Made by a program: the position numbers and the translations under genes. From positions 224,001-288,000 of the forward strand of contig CAWVRN010000001.1 in NCBI GenBank assembly GCA_963932905.1: DNA of 64,000 bases. Direction: 5' to 3'. Shown one piece after another: positions 1 through 9,962 of this stretch. The DNA is from an uncultured Bdellovibrio sp. GTDB lineage: Bacteria; Bdellovibrionota; Bdellovibrionia; Bdellovibrionales; Bdellovibrionaceae. The notes beneath the pieces are model-generated. The model worked only from the letters and a program-made list of their open reading frames with translations. It ran no database searches and was not told where the DNA came from. Every line of letters starts with the position of its first letter. Position 1 is the first letter of the stretch.

Positions 1-341
1 GTTCCGACGGGAAAGACATTTCGATATTAAAAACGAGGGTTAAAGACCTACAACTTCCAAACTTCGCGGCCATTAACAGTTATATCGAGCTCCTGGAGCG
101 GGTTTTAGCCGGCAACAAAGAAAAAGCGTTGCAAGCACTTGCGATCTGGAAGAAGGAGGATTCTCTAAATCCTCAGACTACTTACTGGGAAAAGCGCATT
201 AATGGCAGTTCTAAACCGGACGACGAGCTTATCTGCGAGTCCTTCCCAGAGCATCTTTATAGACGCTATTATTACGACTTATTCTTTTGCTCTTCAGCAT
301 TGGAGAACTTTTTTAAGTTCAAAGATGTCAACCAGCCCTGA
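1..341 (+). CDS. Hypothetical protein, 3' part (5' end outside window)
   Basis: Frame of ORF 129..341 is open from position 3 (SDGKDISILKTRVKDL...) to TGA at 341; no recognisable motif. Confidence 0.6.
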   Translation, partial: SDGKDISILKTRVKDLQLPNFAAINSYIELLERVLAGNKEKALQALAIWKKEDSLNPQTTYWEKRINGSSKPDDELICESFPEHLYRRYYYDLFFCSSALENFFKFKDVNQP

Positions 342-360
342 ACTATGTTAGATAGTTCAT

Positions 361-585
361 ATGAAGGCACATGTACTATTTTTAGTTCTACTTTCTATTC
401 TAACTTTTGAAACCGGCTGCGGCGTAAAAAGTAAACCATTGGCACCACTAAAAGAGCCGTGGATTTCAACTGGCGATATAGAAAAAGATAAAGAAAAAAA
501 ATATAAGATAAAACGCCCAGCTCAACCGGCCGATGAACGCGCTGAATTCAATCCATCTTCCTCCTTTGATGAAAAAGAGCGATAG
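361..585 (+). CDS. Small lipoprotein, LptM/YifL-like
   Basis: Signal peptide with TGC lipobox followed by GVKSKPLAP, resembling the CGxKGPL motif of YifL/LptM; lies directly upstream of dapF as yifL does in E. coli. Confidence 0.6.
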   Translation: MKAHVLFLVLLSILTFETGCGVKSKPLAPLKEPWISTGDIEKDKEKKYKIKRPAQPADERAEFNPSSSFDEKER

Positions 586-586
586 A

Positions 587-1405
587 ATGAAAATGGAATT
601 CGAAAAAATTTCTGGTGCTAAGAACATTTTTCTATTCACTCAAAAGACGGCTTTAAATGCAGAAGCTCAACAAAGATTAATTAAAAAAGTTTGTGATCCC
701 TATGAGGGATTCTTTGCCGACGGCGTTGTTTTCATGGAACAACTCAATGGTTCTGAATTCAAATGGCACTTTTTTAATTCGGATGGCTCTAGCGCTGAAA
801 TGTGCGGGAATGCCGCTCGCTGTGCACATAAGTTTATTCAATTAAAGTATGGGAATTTGGAATCGGTTTCGATTCAGACATTATCAGGAAAAATTACGTC
901 AACGTTTAAGAATAATCTCTTTCATGTTCAAATGACGACGCCCAATCGCACGAGTGAACTAAAAATGGATGTGTCGTTCTTTGAATCGGAAGTAGATTTT
1001 ACTGCATTTAAAAAAGTAGCTTCGGCAGACGTGTATTTCGCCGACACGGGCGTTCCCCATCTGGTTATTCCGGTTAGTCAGTGGGATGAAGCTTTAAAAT
1101 TAAAAGCGACGTGGTTGTTTTTAAGAAAGCATAAACATTTTGAAAAGGGAACGAACGTAACGTTAGTTCAAAACCAAAATGATGGATCTACAAAAGCGAT
1201 TTCGTTTGAACGCGGAGTTGATGATTTTACGCAAGCTTGTGGTACAGGCGCAACGGCCGCTGCTTTGTACGTTAAACATAAAGAAAATAAAAAATTGGTT
1301 ACGATCGCAATGCCTGGTGGACAACTGAGGGTGGATTTAAATCAAGATTCACCGGTTCTGATCGGCGAAGCAGTTGATATCGGCCAAGTGATTGTAAATA
1401 TATAA
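587..1405 (+). CDS. dapF: Diaminopimelate epimerase
   Basis: NSDGSSAEMCGNAARC, DTGVPH, FERGV and ACGTGA motifs; start placed at ATG 587 just after the lipoprotein stop. Confidence 0.95.
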   Translation: MKMEFEKISGAKNIFLFTQKTALNAEAQQRLIKKVCDPYEGFFADGVVFMEQLNGSEFKWHFFNSDGSSAEMCGNAARCAHKFIQLKYGNLESVSIQTLSGKITSTFKNNLFHVQMTTPNRTSELKMDVSFFESEVDFTAFKKVASADVYFADTGVPHLVIPVSQWDEALKLKATWLFLRKHKHFEKGTNVTLVQNQNDGSTKAISFERGVDDFTQACGTGATAAALYVKHKENKKLVTIAMPGGQLRVDLNQDSPVLIGEAVDIGQVIVNI

Positions 1406-1417
1406 AAGGAGTTAGCT

Positions 1418-2302
1418 ATGTCTTCACAATTTAAAGGTGTTTTCACCGCTCTAATCACACCATTCAAAAATCAAAAGATTGATTACGCAAGTTTAGAAAA
1501 GCTAGTTAAGCAGCAGCTTGCTGGTAAAATCGAAGGATTTGTGGTTAACGGCACCACCGCCGAATCGCCAAATCTTAAGGATGAAGATGTCGCCGAGTTA
1601 TTTAAGAAAATCAAATCATGGACTAAAGGAAATGTTCCTTTAATTCTGGGAACTGGATCAAACTCAACCGAAAAAACAGTAGAGAATACTCGACAAGCTG
1701 GTGAAATGGGTGCAGACGCGGCTCTAGTCGTAGTTCCTTACTACAACAAGCCACCGCAACAAGGTTTGTATATGCATTTTAAAACCGTGGCAGAGGCTTC
1801 AAAAATTCCAGTTATTTTATACAATGTTCCGGGGCGTACGATCACTAGCCTAGAACCAGAAACAGTATCTAGATTAGCGGAGGTTAAAAATGTTATCGGT
1901 ATCAAAGAGGCTACTGGTAATATGGAAATCGAAAGAAAAATTATTGAAAAAACTCACAAAGATTTTGTGATGCTCTCTGGTGACGACGGCACCTATGCAG
2001 AGTTCCTAAAAAACAAAGGCCACGGGGTGATTTCAGTGGCGACGCACGTAATTCCAGAAGCGTTTGTTAACATCACAAATTTTGCAAGAAAAGGTCAGCA
2101 TGTTGAAGCCGAAGCATTATTAAAAAAATACAAGACACTGATCGACTTATTGTTTATCGAAGCCAATCCAATCCCAGTTAAGCGCGCGATGCAATTCATG
2201 GGTATTATCGAATCAGCGGAATTACGGTTACCTCTTGTAGAGATGTCGCCAGAAGGAAGCGAAAAATTAAAAGCGGAAATGAAAAACCTAGGTTTAGTTT
2301 AG
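1418..2302 (+). CDS. dapA: 4-hydroxy-tetrahydrodipicolinate synthase
   Basis: GTTAES, VPYYNKP, LYNVPGRT, GIKEA (Schiff-base Lys), SGDD; AAGGAG RBS. Confidence 0.97.
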   Translation: MSSQFKGVFTALITPFKNQKIDYASLEKLVKQQLAGKIEGFVVNGTTAESPNLKDEDVAELFKKIKSWTKGNVPLILGTGSNSTEKTVENTRQAGEMGADAALVVVPYYNKPPQQGLYMHFKTVAEASKIPVILYNVPGRTITSLEPETVSRLAEVKNVIGIKEATGNMEIERKIIEKTHKDFVMLSGDDGTYAEFLKNKGHGVISVATHVIPEAFVNITNFARKGQHVEAEALLKKYKTLIDLLFIEANPIPVKRAMQFMGIIESAELRLPLVEMSPEGSEKLKAEMKNLGLV

Positions 2303-2303
2303 T

Positions 2304-3002
2304 ATGAAGCAATTAAAAGTCGGTGTTGTTGGTGCGTCTGGAAAAATGGGTAAAGAACTTCGTCATGTTATTTGCGAAGCTGGGTTTATTCCTTTTTTAG
2401 GAATGTATAATTCCAAAAAACCAGAAGGTTTTGAACACACAGCGAACTCTTGGGCCGATAAAAAAGCGGAAGAGGTAGATTTGTGGATCGATTTCTCGCT
2501 GCCAGAAGCATTTGATCAAGCCATCAAGGCGATGGCAAAATTTAAGAAGCCGATCGTTTCAGGAACAACAGGAATTTCGGTTGCACAGAAAGAACTTTTG
2601 AAAGAAGCATCTGCTCAAGCGCCCATATTGTGGTCATCGAACATGAGCGTTGGTGTTGCGTTCGTAAATAAAATCCTTAGCCAGTTCAAAGACATCAAAG
2701 ATTTCGATTTCCAAATTGAAGAACTGCATCACAAACATAAAAAAGATGCTCCAAGTGGGACCGCGAAAACGATGCAGGAAAATTTAGAAGCTGCGGTCGG
2801 AAAAAAAGTTCCGCCTACGCTAAGTATTCGTGGCGGCGGAATTTTTGGTGTTCACCGTATTTGGGCCATGTCCGATCAAGAAGTGATTACTGTTGAACAT
2901 CAGGCGCTGAATCGTCGAGTTTTTGCCGAAGGTGCGCTTAAAGCTGGATTATCGATATTAAATAAGGGACCTGGCCTTTATTCTATGAAAGATATATTCT
3001 AG
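2304..3002 (+). CDS. dapB: 4-hydroxy-tetrahydrodipicolinate reductase
   Basis: GASGKMG, DFS, GTTG, EELHHKHKKDAPSGTA motif. Confidence 0.96.
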   Translation: MKQLKVGVVGASGKMGKELRHVICEAGFIPFLGMYNSKKPEGFEHTANSWADKKAEEVDLWIDFSLPEAFDQAIKAMAKFKKPIVSGTTGISVAQKELLKEASAQAPILWSSNMSVGVAFVNKILSQFKDIKDFDFQIEELHHKHKKDAPSGTAKTMQENLEAAVGKKVPPTLSIRGGGIFGVHRIWAMSDQEVITVEHQALNRRVFAEGALKAGLSILNKGPGLYSMKDIF

Positions 3003-3011
3003 AATAGATTC

Positions 3012-3485
3012 ATGAATGTTTGTCTTTTCGCCTTTCGATTTAAGGTAAGTACAAAGGAAGAACGGATTATCCGTATTCTTGGTGATTTTCACAGATTGTT
3101 TAGAATTAAAAACATTTCGTCAGTTTATAAAAAAACAAGCGATGAAGCAACGACCAGGCTTGATGAAGAGATGTCGTTTGCAATCACTACTGAAACTGCT
3201 TTGAATGTCGAAAATTTACTTGCAGCCAAGACGGCACTGCAAGGTTCCGACTTTAAAGTCGATCTTTTGGTGTATAACAATGAAATTCAATGGACTCCCG
3301 AGCTTCCACTGCCGTCGCCGCTTCTACATTTTGATCCGTTAGTGTTACACTGTTGTGCTGAAATCGCACCGGCGTATGTTCATCCGATCTTAAAAGAAGA
3401 TCTGAAGACATTAGATATCAATAATATCCGGACTGACTTCGAGTTTCTGTTCCAAGGCAAAATATATATTGATCAACTTACCTAA
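3012..3485 (+). CDS. FolK/HPPK-like protein, divergent
   Basis: ISSVY, VDLLVY...LPLPSPLLH...AEIAP..VHP match the FolK C-terminal half; N-terminal LGSN and the PRxxDLD arginine motif are missing. Confidence 0.6.
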   Translation: MNVCLFAFRFKVSTKEERIIRILGDFHRLFRIKNISSVYKKTSDEATTRLDEEMSFAITTETALNVENLLAAKTALQGSDFKVDLLVYNNEIQWTPELPLPSPLLHFDPLVLHCCAEIAPAYVHPILKEDLKTLDINNIRTDFEFLFQGKIYIDQLT

Positions 3486-3505
3486 CCGTTCTTAAATAAT
3501 TAAGA

Positions 3506-3937
3506 ATGTATAAATTTTTGTTCCTTAGCCTGCTTATTTCACTCGTTGTCGGTTGTGCCGGTCCTGGTACTTATATTCATGAATCAGACATAAGTCTTAC
3601 CGAGTCGCGTAAAGCTTTAGTAAAATTGTATGGTGAGCCCAGAAGTATTTCCCAAAATGGACGCGAATTTTTGACAAACTACATGGACAAAAAAGGTCGT
3701 ATATTGGAATCAGCGAAGAAAGCAAAAGAACGACGCTATGCTCATATCAAAATCCTGGGCGAACGTCGACCTTATGACATCCTTGTGAATGTTGTCGTTC
3801 AAACCCAAGTCGATGGCAACTACGAGACTTTAGACGATGATGAAGCTTTATCTAAACAGCTTGCGGTTGAAATAAAAAAAGAACTCCTCAAAAGTCTCGA
3901 AAACCGCAATATCATTGACGATTTCAACGCGTTTTAA
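3506..3937 (+). CDS. Lipoprotein, unknown function
   Basis: Hydrophobic leader with VVGC lipobox. Confidence 0.75.
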   Translation: MYKFLFLSLLISLVVGCAGPGTYIHESDISLTESRKALVKLYGEPRSISQNGREFLTNYMDKKGRILESAKKAKERRYAHIKILGERRPYDILVNVVVQTQVDGNYETLDDDEALSKQLAVEIKKELLKSLENRNIIDDFNAF

Positions 3938-3953
3938 CATCCTATAAGAGTAG

Positions 3954-6113
3954 ATGAAGATACTTCGAATCGTTCTGCAAATTACTACGTTCGCTTTTAC
4001 TTTTGGTTATCCATCAAAAATGGATAATCACGTGAATATTTTTTTAAGTAAAAAAGTTTCCATCACTGTGAATAAAAGTCATCCATCTTATGTAGCGTAC
4101 GATGCCGTGAATATCAAACGCACCATCGAACTGAGTAAGCAACCGATGCGTGTTATCCAATTATCCACAGATGCTGCTGCGAATAGGCAAGATGAACAAG
4201 AAATGCTTAATCACTTTCATCCGTTGGCTAAAAAAATGGTGTTAAATCCCATAGTCATCAAAAAAGATGTCGAAGTATTTAACACCCAGGCAATAAACGA
4301 AAATTATATTCGACACACCAATCTTGAAGATAACACCGGCAAACTAAATCAAAACATTTCTCCTTGGGATCAGAAAAATTGGGTTGCAGAATTTAAACCA
4401 TATTTTAGAAAGAAAGTTCAAGAAGGAACGTTTTCCGCAAATTGGACTCAAGCAGCCAGCGACAAGAACTTGAACGCGGGTTCTGTGAATGTTGGGACTG
4501 CGCCAAAGAAAACAAAAGAAACTTTTGTTACGTTTGGACCGGCATCTTCGCCAGCAGGTAATTCGAAAAATTTTGAACCTCAACGAAAACTAGCTGCAGA
4601 AAAAGAGGTATCTGAAAAAGCTGTCTATGCAAGTGCTACGGCTACTTACGACGACGGCCCATCCGCAAATAGAATTGTTGGCATTTTTGAAATTCAAAAA
4701 GGTCTTTTGTATTCTAATGAAGATCGCATCGAAATTCGTCGATATGAAGAAGGTGTATTTCGCGAAAAAGGTTCAATTAATTTACATGATTCTACCTACG
4801 AAATTTTTCCAAATGATTTCAAGGGATTTTTGTTAGGACGAATGATTGATAAGTATGGAAAAATTAAGGGTGAAGGTGTTGTACGCGTTTCTGACTCCTT
4901 ACCTAAACAAAAAGGCACATATCAAGGCCCTAAAATTACTTTAGTGGTTAAATCTGATGTCGGCGGTCGTGCCGTTAGCTCATATAATATAAATGGTAAA
5001 AATCCACTTTCTCAGCCAGCCAAAGCATCCATCTTTCAAGGCCAAGTGGAAAAACCTGTGGGCAAAGACGGACTGATTAAATTTGATAATGTCGTTAAAA
5101 ACTCACCAACTAACATAGTCATAGAAAGTAAAGGTCACTTTGCATCTCAACAAATCATATTGGCGGGCGAGAATTTTTCAACGGAACTAATTCCTGAAAA
5201 AATGGGTACGGCTTTAAAACAAATCGTGTCTGATTTAAGACAACAAAACCTGAATGATCCAAATTTATCTGTTATTTTAGGAAAAGTAAGTTTTGATGGC
5301 CAGCCGGTATCTGGTGTCAGTTTAAAAATAGAAAACGAAAACGAAATTGAACCAATCTATTTTAATTCCCTGATGTTGCCAGATAGTAGATTAACAACGA
5401 CATCGGAAAATGGTTATTACGCATTTATTGTTGATGGTGGCGAGATGCTGACCTTGATGGCTTACCGAGGGGATAAATATTTCGGGCACATCAACACGGT
5501 GGTCAGCCCAGGTATGACTTCATTTGCTGAAATCAAGAATACAATTAAAACAGAATCAGTCGAAATCAAAGTGTACGACCCGTTTTCAGGAATGCCTGAA
5601 TTTTCTGATGTCAGTTTGCAAGGTCAGCAAGAAACAATTACGATTGAAAAAGGTATAGGCGAAGCACAGCTACCTTATTTAGGGCGCTGGAGTTTTCTAT
5701 ATTCGAACCCAATCGATAAATACGTACCGGCTCATTACACTTACGTAGAAAATTCTGACTATATATATGTGCCATTGGTTAGCAAAGAATGGGTAACTTA
5801 TCTTTTTTCAAATGCTAAATTAACATTCTATCCCGGCAGTAACTTAGTTATTGGCTTCGTGATCGATGAAGATTTTGAGGTGGATATTCCAGGTTTAGAC
5901 CAAATTAAAAACCATATCGTCTATTTTGACTATTCGGGAAAGCCGACAAGTCGAGGAACGCAAGGCGGAGGGTTTGTTCTTTATAATTTACCAGAAGGTG
6001 TTTACGAACCTCTAGTTTTCGGAACTCATTCACAGAAAATCTATTCACGAATTGCGCCTCTTAAATCAGGCGATGTCTTTATATTTACGTATAAACTTGA
6101 TGGCTCCCTGTAG
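3954..6113 (+). CDS. Large exported hypothetical protein with beta-rich, possibly carboxypeptidase-regulatory-like domains
   Basis: 719-aa ORF, hydrophobic N-terminus, GKVSFDGQPVSGVSL...TSENGYY and YNLPEGVY segments typical of such beta-sandwich domains. Confidence 0.6.
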   Translation: MKILRIVLQITTFAFTFGYPSKMDNHVNIFLSKKVSITVNKSHPSYVAYDAVNIKRTIELSKQPMRVIQLSTDAAANRQDEQEMLNHFHPLAKKMVLNPIVIKKDVEVFNTQAINENYIRHTNLEDNTGKLNQNISPWDQKNWVAEFKPYFRKKVQEGTFSANWTQAASDKNLNAGSVNVGTAPKKTKETFVTFGPASSPAGNSKNFEPQRKLAAEKEVSEKAVYASATATYDDGPSANRIVGIFEIQKGLLYSNEDRIEIRRYEEGVFREKGSINLHDSTYEIFPNDFKGFLLGRMIDKYGKIKGEGVVRVSDSLPKQKGTYQGPKITLVVKSDVGGRAVSSYNINGKNPLSQPAKASIFQGQVEKPVGKDGLIKFDNVVKNSPTNIVIESKGHFASQQIILAGENFSTELIPEKMGTALKQIVSDLRQQNLNDPNLSVILGKVSFDGQPVSGVSLKIENENEIEPIYFNSLMLPDSRLTTTSENGYYAFIVDGGEMLTLMAYRGDKYFGHINTVVSPGMTSFAEIKNTIKTESVEIKVYDPFSGMPEFSDVSLQGQQETITIEKGIGEAQLPYLGRWSFLYSNPIDKYVPAHYTYVENSDYIYVPLVSKEWVTYLFSNAKLTFYPGSNLVIGFVIDEDFEVDIPGLDQIKNHIVYFDYSGKPTSRGTQGGGFVLYNLPEGVYEPLVFGTHSQKIYSRIAPLKSGDVFIFTYKLDGSL

Positions 6114-6377
6114 TTGTTCTTAATAACTAGTTTTTGTATGGAACATTCATAGCTAAAAATTGACGTATCCCTTTGTATAGACGAATGTTTTTGCAAACAC
6201 CACTTAGGTTTAAAAAGATTTTATTAACCGAAATGAGAATGCGCGCACTCTTAAAAAAAGCGGACAAAGGATGTCTAGACTAATAGCGAGTAAGGAAAAG
6301 GAATGTGGCCAGTTGACATTATGTCTCGTAGCTGAAAATCTTTATCTGTAAATAGAAAAATAAATTTTGGAGGTACC

Positions 6378-7916
6378 ATGGTTAAGTTCTGGTATGGCGC
6401 TATTTGCGCATCAGTCTTATTTGTCGGCGCATATTTTATGTTTGGTATGCAAGTAAAAGGCAATCATTCAGTTGGAGATGTGCCTGCGGTTGAGCAACCA
6501 GCTAATCCTATCGAGGGCTTATCACGTGTTCCTAATAGCGACGGTGATCACGAAGCCAAACTGAATGCATTTATCTACAACATCAAAACAAAAGAGGATG
6601 TAGACAAAGCGATTACTGGTATCAACGAATATGAAAAAGCTAACCCTACAAGTACGGCCGCGCAAATTTATAAAAACTTTGTCGCACCCGTTAGGCTTTT
6701 CAAAGGTATGGCCTGGAGACTGCGTTTCCTAGTAGAACCTGTCGATGCTGCCTACATCGCATCGATTTCATACTTGCGGGCATTTAAGCGCAATAGCGAT
6801 CGTCGCGCTCCACATATCGATGCACTATTTGCTTACGTAACGGAGCCAAATCCGGGTGAAAATATTGAAGGTCAAACAGGTTTGTTTAAAACAGCGGGTG
6901 ACCTTCAAGATTTTATGGCGACAAAAGTGGCCGTAGCAGTTAAAGCGCAAAACGAAGCGTACAAAAAGATTTTGATTAGCCATGGCGACAACAATGCACC
7001 GCTATTTAACTTTGATGCTGGTTTAGTGTTAGGCGAAAGCGAAGTTAAAAATACTGCTTCGCAAACAATGCGTTGGAGAAAGTTCATGCCAGGTCACCTA
7101 AAAGGATTGATGGCAAATATGTACGAGCGCATGGGATTAGGCTTGTACGTCGCAAGTTATGATTTAGAAGCGCTTCAGTATTTCATGAACACATTAACAG
7201 CACGTTCGTTGGTAGCTAAAAAAAGCACAGTTGATGCAAAAACTAAAGTCGGTAATTTAGTAACAACGGTATTCGATGTTCATCTTCAATCCCCTAAGGA
7301 AGTGAGTGAATTACTTGCCTCAATGGGTAAAGATGGCGCTAAATCAGCCAAAGGAAGATTCTTAACTCTTCGCCCGGCAGCTAAATCTGGTAAGTATTTG
7401 AACGAATCATTATCAATGATCCGCAATGCTATTAACTACCGAATTGAAGCCCACAAAGACATGGAAGCATTGGCAAACAAAGGTAACCAAAAAGAATACT
7501 TTGCGAATGCTGACTTCCTAACGTCGCGTCCGGCAATCACATTGGCAGCATTAGAAAAACGTAAAAAACTATTATTTTCAAACGGACCAACTGAATTCAA
7601 AGATCGCGTGGATAATTCGGCTTTTGAAGTAAATATCTCAGCTATGTTCAATCCAAACAATCCCTACGTGAATGATCTTAAAAAATTGTACCCAGCACCT
7701 AATCAGTTTGCAGCGACGAAAGAAACCGACGGTGGTCCTCGTGAAACATTTAAATGGAACTACGATTACGGAACTCCGCAAGCTTGGCCAGATGTCACTT
7801 TCGGTGGCGTTCTACCTAATACAAACAGCCCGGCTGATTACAAAAAGAAACTAGTTAGTATTTCGCGAGATGCTTCGACTCCAGCATTAACGTATTGGTT
7901 ACGTCTATTTATGTAA
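6378..7916 (+). CDS. Secreted or membrane-anchored hypothetical protein, distant paralogue of 21640..22890
   Basis: GGAGG RBS, N-terminal hydrophobic segment, 512 aa. Confidence 0.8.
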   Translation: MVKFWYGAICASVLFVGAYFMFGMQVKGNHSVGDVPAVEQPANPIEGLSRVPNSDGDHEAKLNAFIYNIKTKEDVDKAITGINEYEKANPTSTAAQIYKNFVAPVRLFKGMAWRLRFLVEPVDAAYIASISYLRAFKRNSDRRAPHIDALFAYVTEPNPGENIEGQTGLFKTAGDLQDFMATKVAVAVKAQNEAYKKILISHGDNNAPLFNFDAGLVLGESEVKNTASQTMRWRKFMPGHLKGLMANMYERMGLGLYVASYDLEALQYFMNTLTARSLVAKKSTVDAKTKVGNLVTTVFDVHLQSPKEVSELLASMGKDGAKSAKGRFLTLRPAAKSGKYLNESLSMIRNAINYRIEAHKDMEALANKGNQKEYFANADFLTSRPAITLAALEKRKKLLFSNGPTEFKDRVDNSAFEVNISAMFNPNNPYVNDLKKLYPAPNQFAATKETDGGPRETFKWNYDYGTPQAWPDVTFGGVLPNTNSPADYKKKLVSISRDASTPALTYWLRLFM

Positions 7917-8562
7917 CCCTAAGAAGTCCTCGAATATACTTCGAGGACTTGTCTTGAACGTACGAGAAATTCTTTAGAGCTCGCTCCCCATCAAAAAATT
8001 CATTTTGATTGTACTTAAATTCCACAATTTTTAGGTCGTCGGGCTCTTCATTCCAAATGATCGAATGGACCGCTTTATGTAAAATTCGCTCATCTAAAGT
8101 TAGCCGCACTCTCTCATTCGCAGAAATAAAGTACGAACGGTAGTAGCGATTATATAAACTAGGAACTAAGTGTGACAAAGATTCCTGCAGTTGTGCTGGA
8201 GCTGTGGTGTGCTTCATAATATCGATCAAAGATATATTCTTATCTAAGTGAATATCATAGGAAACCGGAAACGAGAGCTTAGTTCCAACGGTTCCTTCTT
8301 TTTTTTTAATTTCTAGCACGGGGTTGGTGATTTTTTCAAAATCGCCATACCAGCGCAGGCGCACCTTAGCGCGTTGAGGGTAGCCATAAATGTGGTCGTG
8401 GAAACAATCTAAATCTAGGGTATCAAAATACAGGTTATTCACCGTTCTGGGTGTAAAAAGAGGACGGAACATTAATGGATTTAAGTGAATTTCATTTAGT
8501 AGATTAGAGACAGACGAATCTTTTACAACGATTTTAGTTTCATAGCGCCAGATATCACTCAT
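7909..8562 (-). CDS. VTC-domain (polyphosphate polymerase, triphosphate-tunnel) protein
   Basis: RYETK, NLYFDT, RAKVRLRWY, LEIKKK, RLTLD, IVEFKY, SKY motifs. Confidence 0.9.
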   Translation of the reverse strand: MSDIWRYETKIVVKDSSVSNLLNEIHLNPLMFRPLFTPRTVNNLYFDTLDLDCFHDHIYGYPQRAKVRLRWYGDFEKITNPVLEIKKKEGTVGTKLSFPVSYDIHLDKNISLIDIMKHTTAPAQLQESLSHLVPSLYNRYYRSYFISANERVRLTLDERILHKAVHSIIWNEEPDDLKIVEFKYNQNEFFDGERALKNFSYVQDKSSKYIRGLLRVT

Positions 8563-9274
8563 AAAACTCCCGAAGGTTCACGGGTAAAAAGTGGGAAATG
8601 GATAAATTTCCGTCATTGTCCTTTTGGTAATAGACTGAAACCTCGGTGACCCATTTGCCTTTATTGTCTATATTACTTTCGTCAATAATCTTTTTCCATT
8701 TACCAGAAACCGACTTAAAGTCTTTGTCATTTAGTGCTTCGGCAATAGTGAGGGAATCAAGATCGTCATTATTTGGAAGATCTATTTTAAAATACGAATG
8801 GCGATGAAGTCCGTTTGTTTTCAAATTTACAAGCTGAGTATCATGACTGTCTTTGATAACTCCGGACGCTAGCTGAGTGGTAAGGTCAACATAGGATTTT
8901 GCCGCCTTAGTCGGTGATAGCAGCATAAACGGATTTGTATCTTCCTCTGACGTAATAAAGTAACTTAACAAATCGCGACTGACATCGCTTAAAGGCTCGG
9001 GCATGGAACTGATTTTTATTGGAATAGATTTCTGGCCAAGTAGAATTTTAGCATTCAATTCAGAAATGTCCATCAAAGGTGTGTTGAATTCGTTTTCTGA
9101 TTTAGCAAAGTATTCTAATTTTCTTTGCGTAATAAAGTCTAATGACAAATTGTAGTCGCGATCTTCTGGCATATTTGAAGAAATAGCTAAGCCAATATAG
9201 GCAGTTAAGGAAAACAAAACTAGGCAAGCTAACCACCCGCCCGAGTATTTGCGAAGTTGAGCCCTATGTTTCAA
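8555..9274 (-). CDS. Membrane-anchored hypothetical protein, possibly a degenerate CotH-kinase N-lobe
   Basis: N-terminal TM; AKILLG..IPIKI, FMLLSP and LVNLKTNG...Y segments echo the CotH N-terminal pattern; lies between the DUF4956 and VTC genes. Confidence 0.5.
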   Translation of the reverse strand: MKHRAQLRKYSGGWLACLVLFSLTAYIGLAISSNMPEDRDYNLSLDFITQRKLEYFAKSENEFNTPLMDISELNAKILLGQKSIPIKISSMPEPLSDVSRDLLSYFITSEEDTNPFMLLSPTKAAKSYVDLTTQLASGVIKDSHDTQLVNLKTNGLHRHSYFKIDLPNNDDLDSLTIAEALNDKDFKSVSGKWKKIIDESNIDNKGKWVTEVSVYYQKDNDGNLSISHFLPVNLREFYE

Positions 9275-9960
9275 TCAAATAATCCCTGATATTCCATCAT
9301 GTTAATGTTCCAGTCGGGAATTTGCTTTCTCAAATTATCACGGAGGGATTGCACGTTGGCTATATCTTTGAATTCAACCAGGAATGATAGTTCGGATGCG
9401 CCCGCATTTTCTGACACACGCTTTAAATTCCAACGAACGGAATGTTGAGGCAATAACTCTGAAACAACTTTCAGGGGTGTTTCTGTTGATTTGCTTGAAG
9501 TTAAAAGTAAATGCATGCTAGTCGATCCAGCCCACTTAAATTGGCGCATGCGGAAAATAATAAATCCAGCCAGAATGATAAAAAATCCGATCAACGTGAT
9601 TTTCTTTTGATCAGCCCCCATTCCCAAACCGACGGCAATGGAAATGAATAAAAATGATAGTTCTTCAGGATCTTTGATCGCTGTTCTAAATCGAACGATG
9701 GACAGCGCGCCGACCAACCCCAGAGAAAGTGCTAAGGACGACTTTACGACTGTGATCACCAGCATAGTGGCCATCGCTGTTAAAATAAAATTTGTCGCAA
9801 ACACCGAGCGATTAGAGTGAGACTTGCCAAACTTTGAGTACGCCCATGCCAATAGCGTTCCCATGATCCCCGTAATACCAAGTCCGATGATGAATTGTCC
9901 CAGATCAACTTGCGGTACCTGATTTGTTAAATAGTCCTCAAAAGTTCTTACAGCGCTCAT
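9271..9960 (-). CDS. DUF4956 membrane protein
   Basis: VKSSLALSLGLVGALSIVRFRTAIKDPEEL signature. Confidence 0.92.
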   Translation of the reverse strand: MSAVRTFEDYLTNQVPQVDLGQFIIGLGITGIMGTLLAWAYSKFGKSHSNRSVFATNFILTAMATMLVITVVKSSLALSLGLVGALSIVRFRTAIKDPEELSFLFISIAVGLGMGADQKKITLIGFFIILAGFIIFRMRQFKWAGSTSMHLLLTSSKSTETPLKVVSELLPQHSVRWNLKRVSENAGASELSFLVEFKDIANVQSLRDNLRKQIPDWNINMMEYQGLFD

Positions 9961-9962
9961 CT

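Noticed and set aside
533..586. Longer ORF-track starts (dapF 533; also rho 33396, TPR 51687, hydrolase 25102, 61181)
   Set aside because: Downstream starts fit RBS position, avoid overlaps and match family N-termini better
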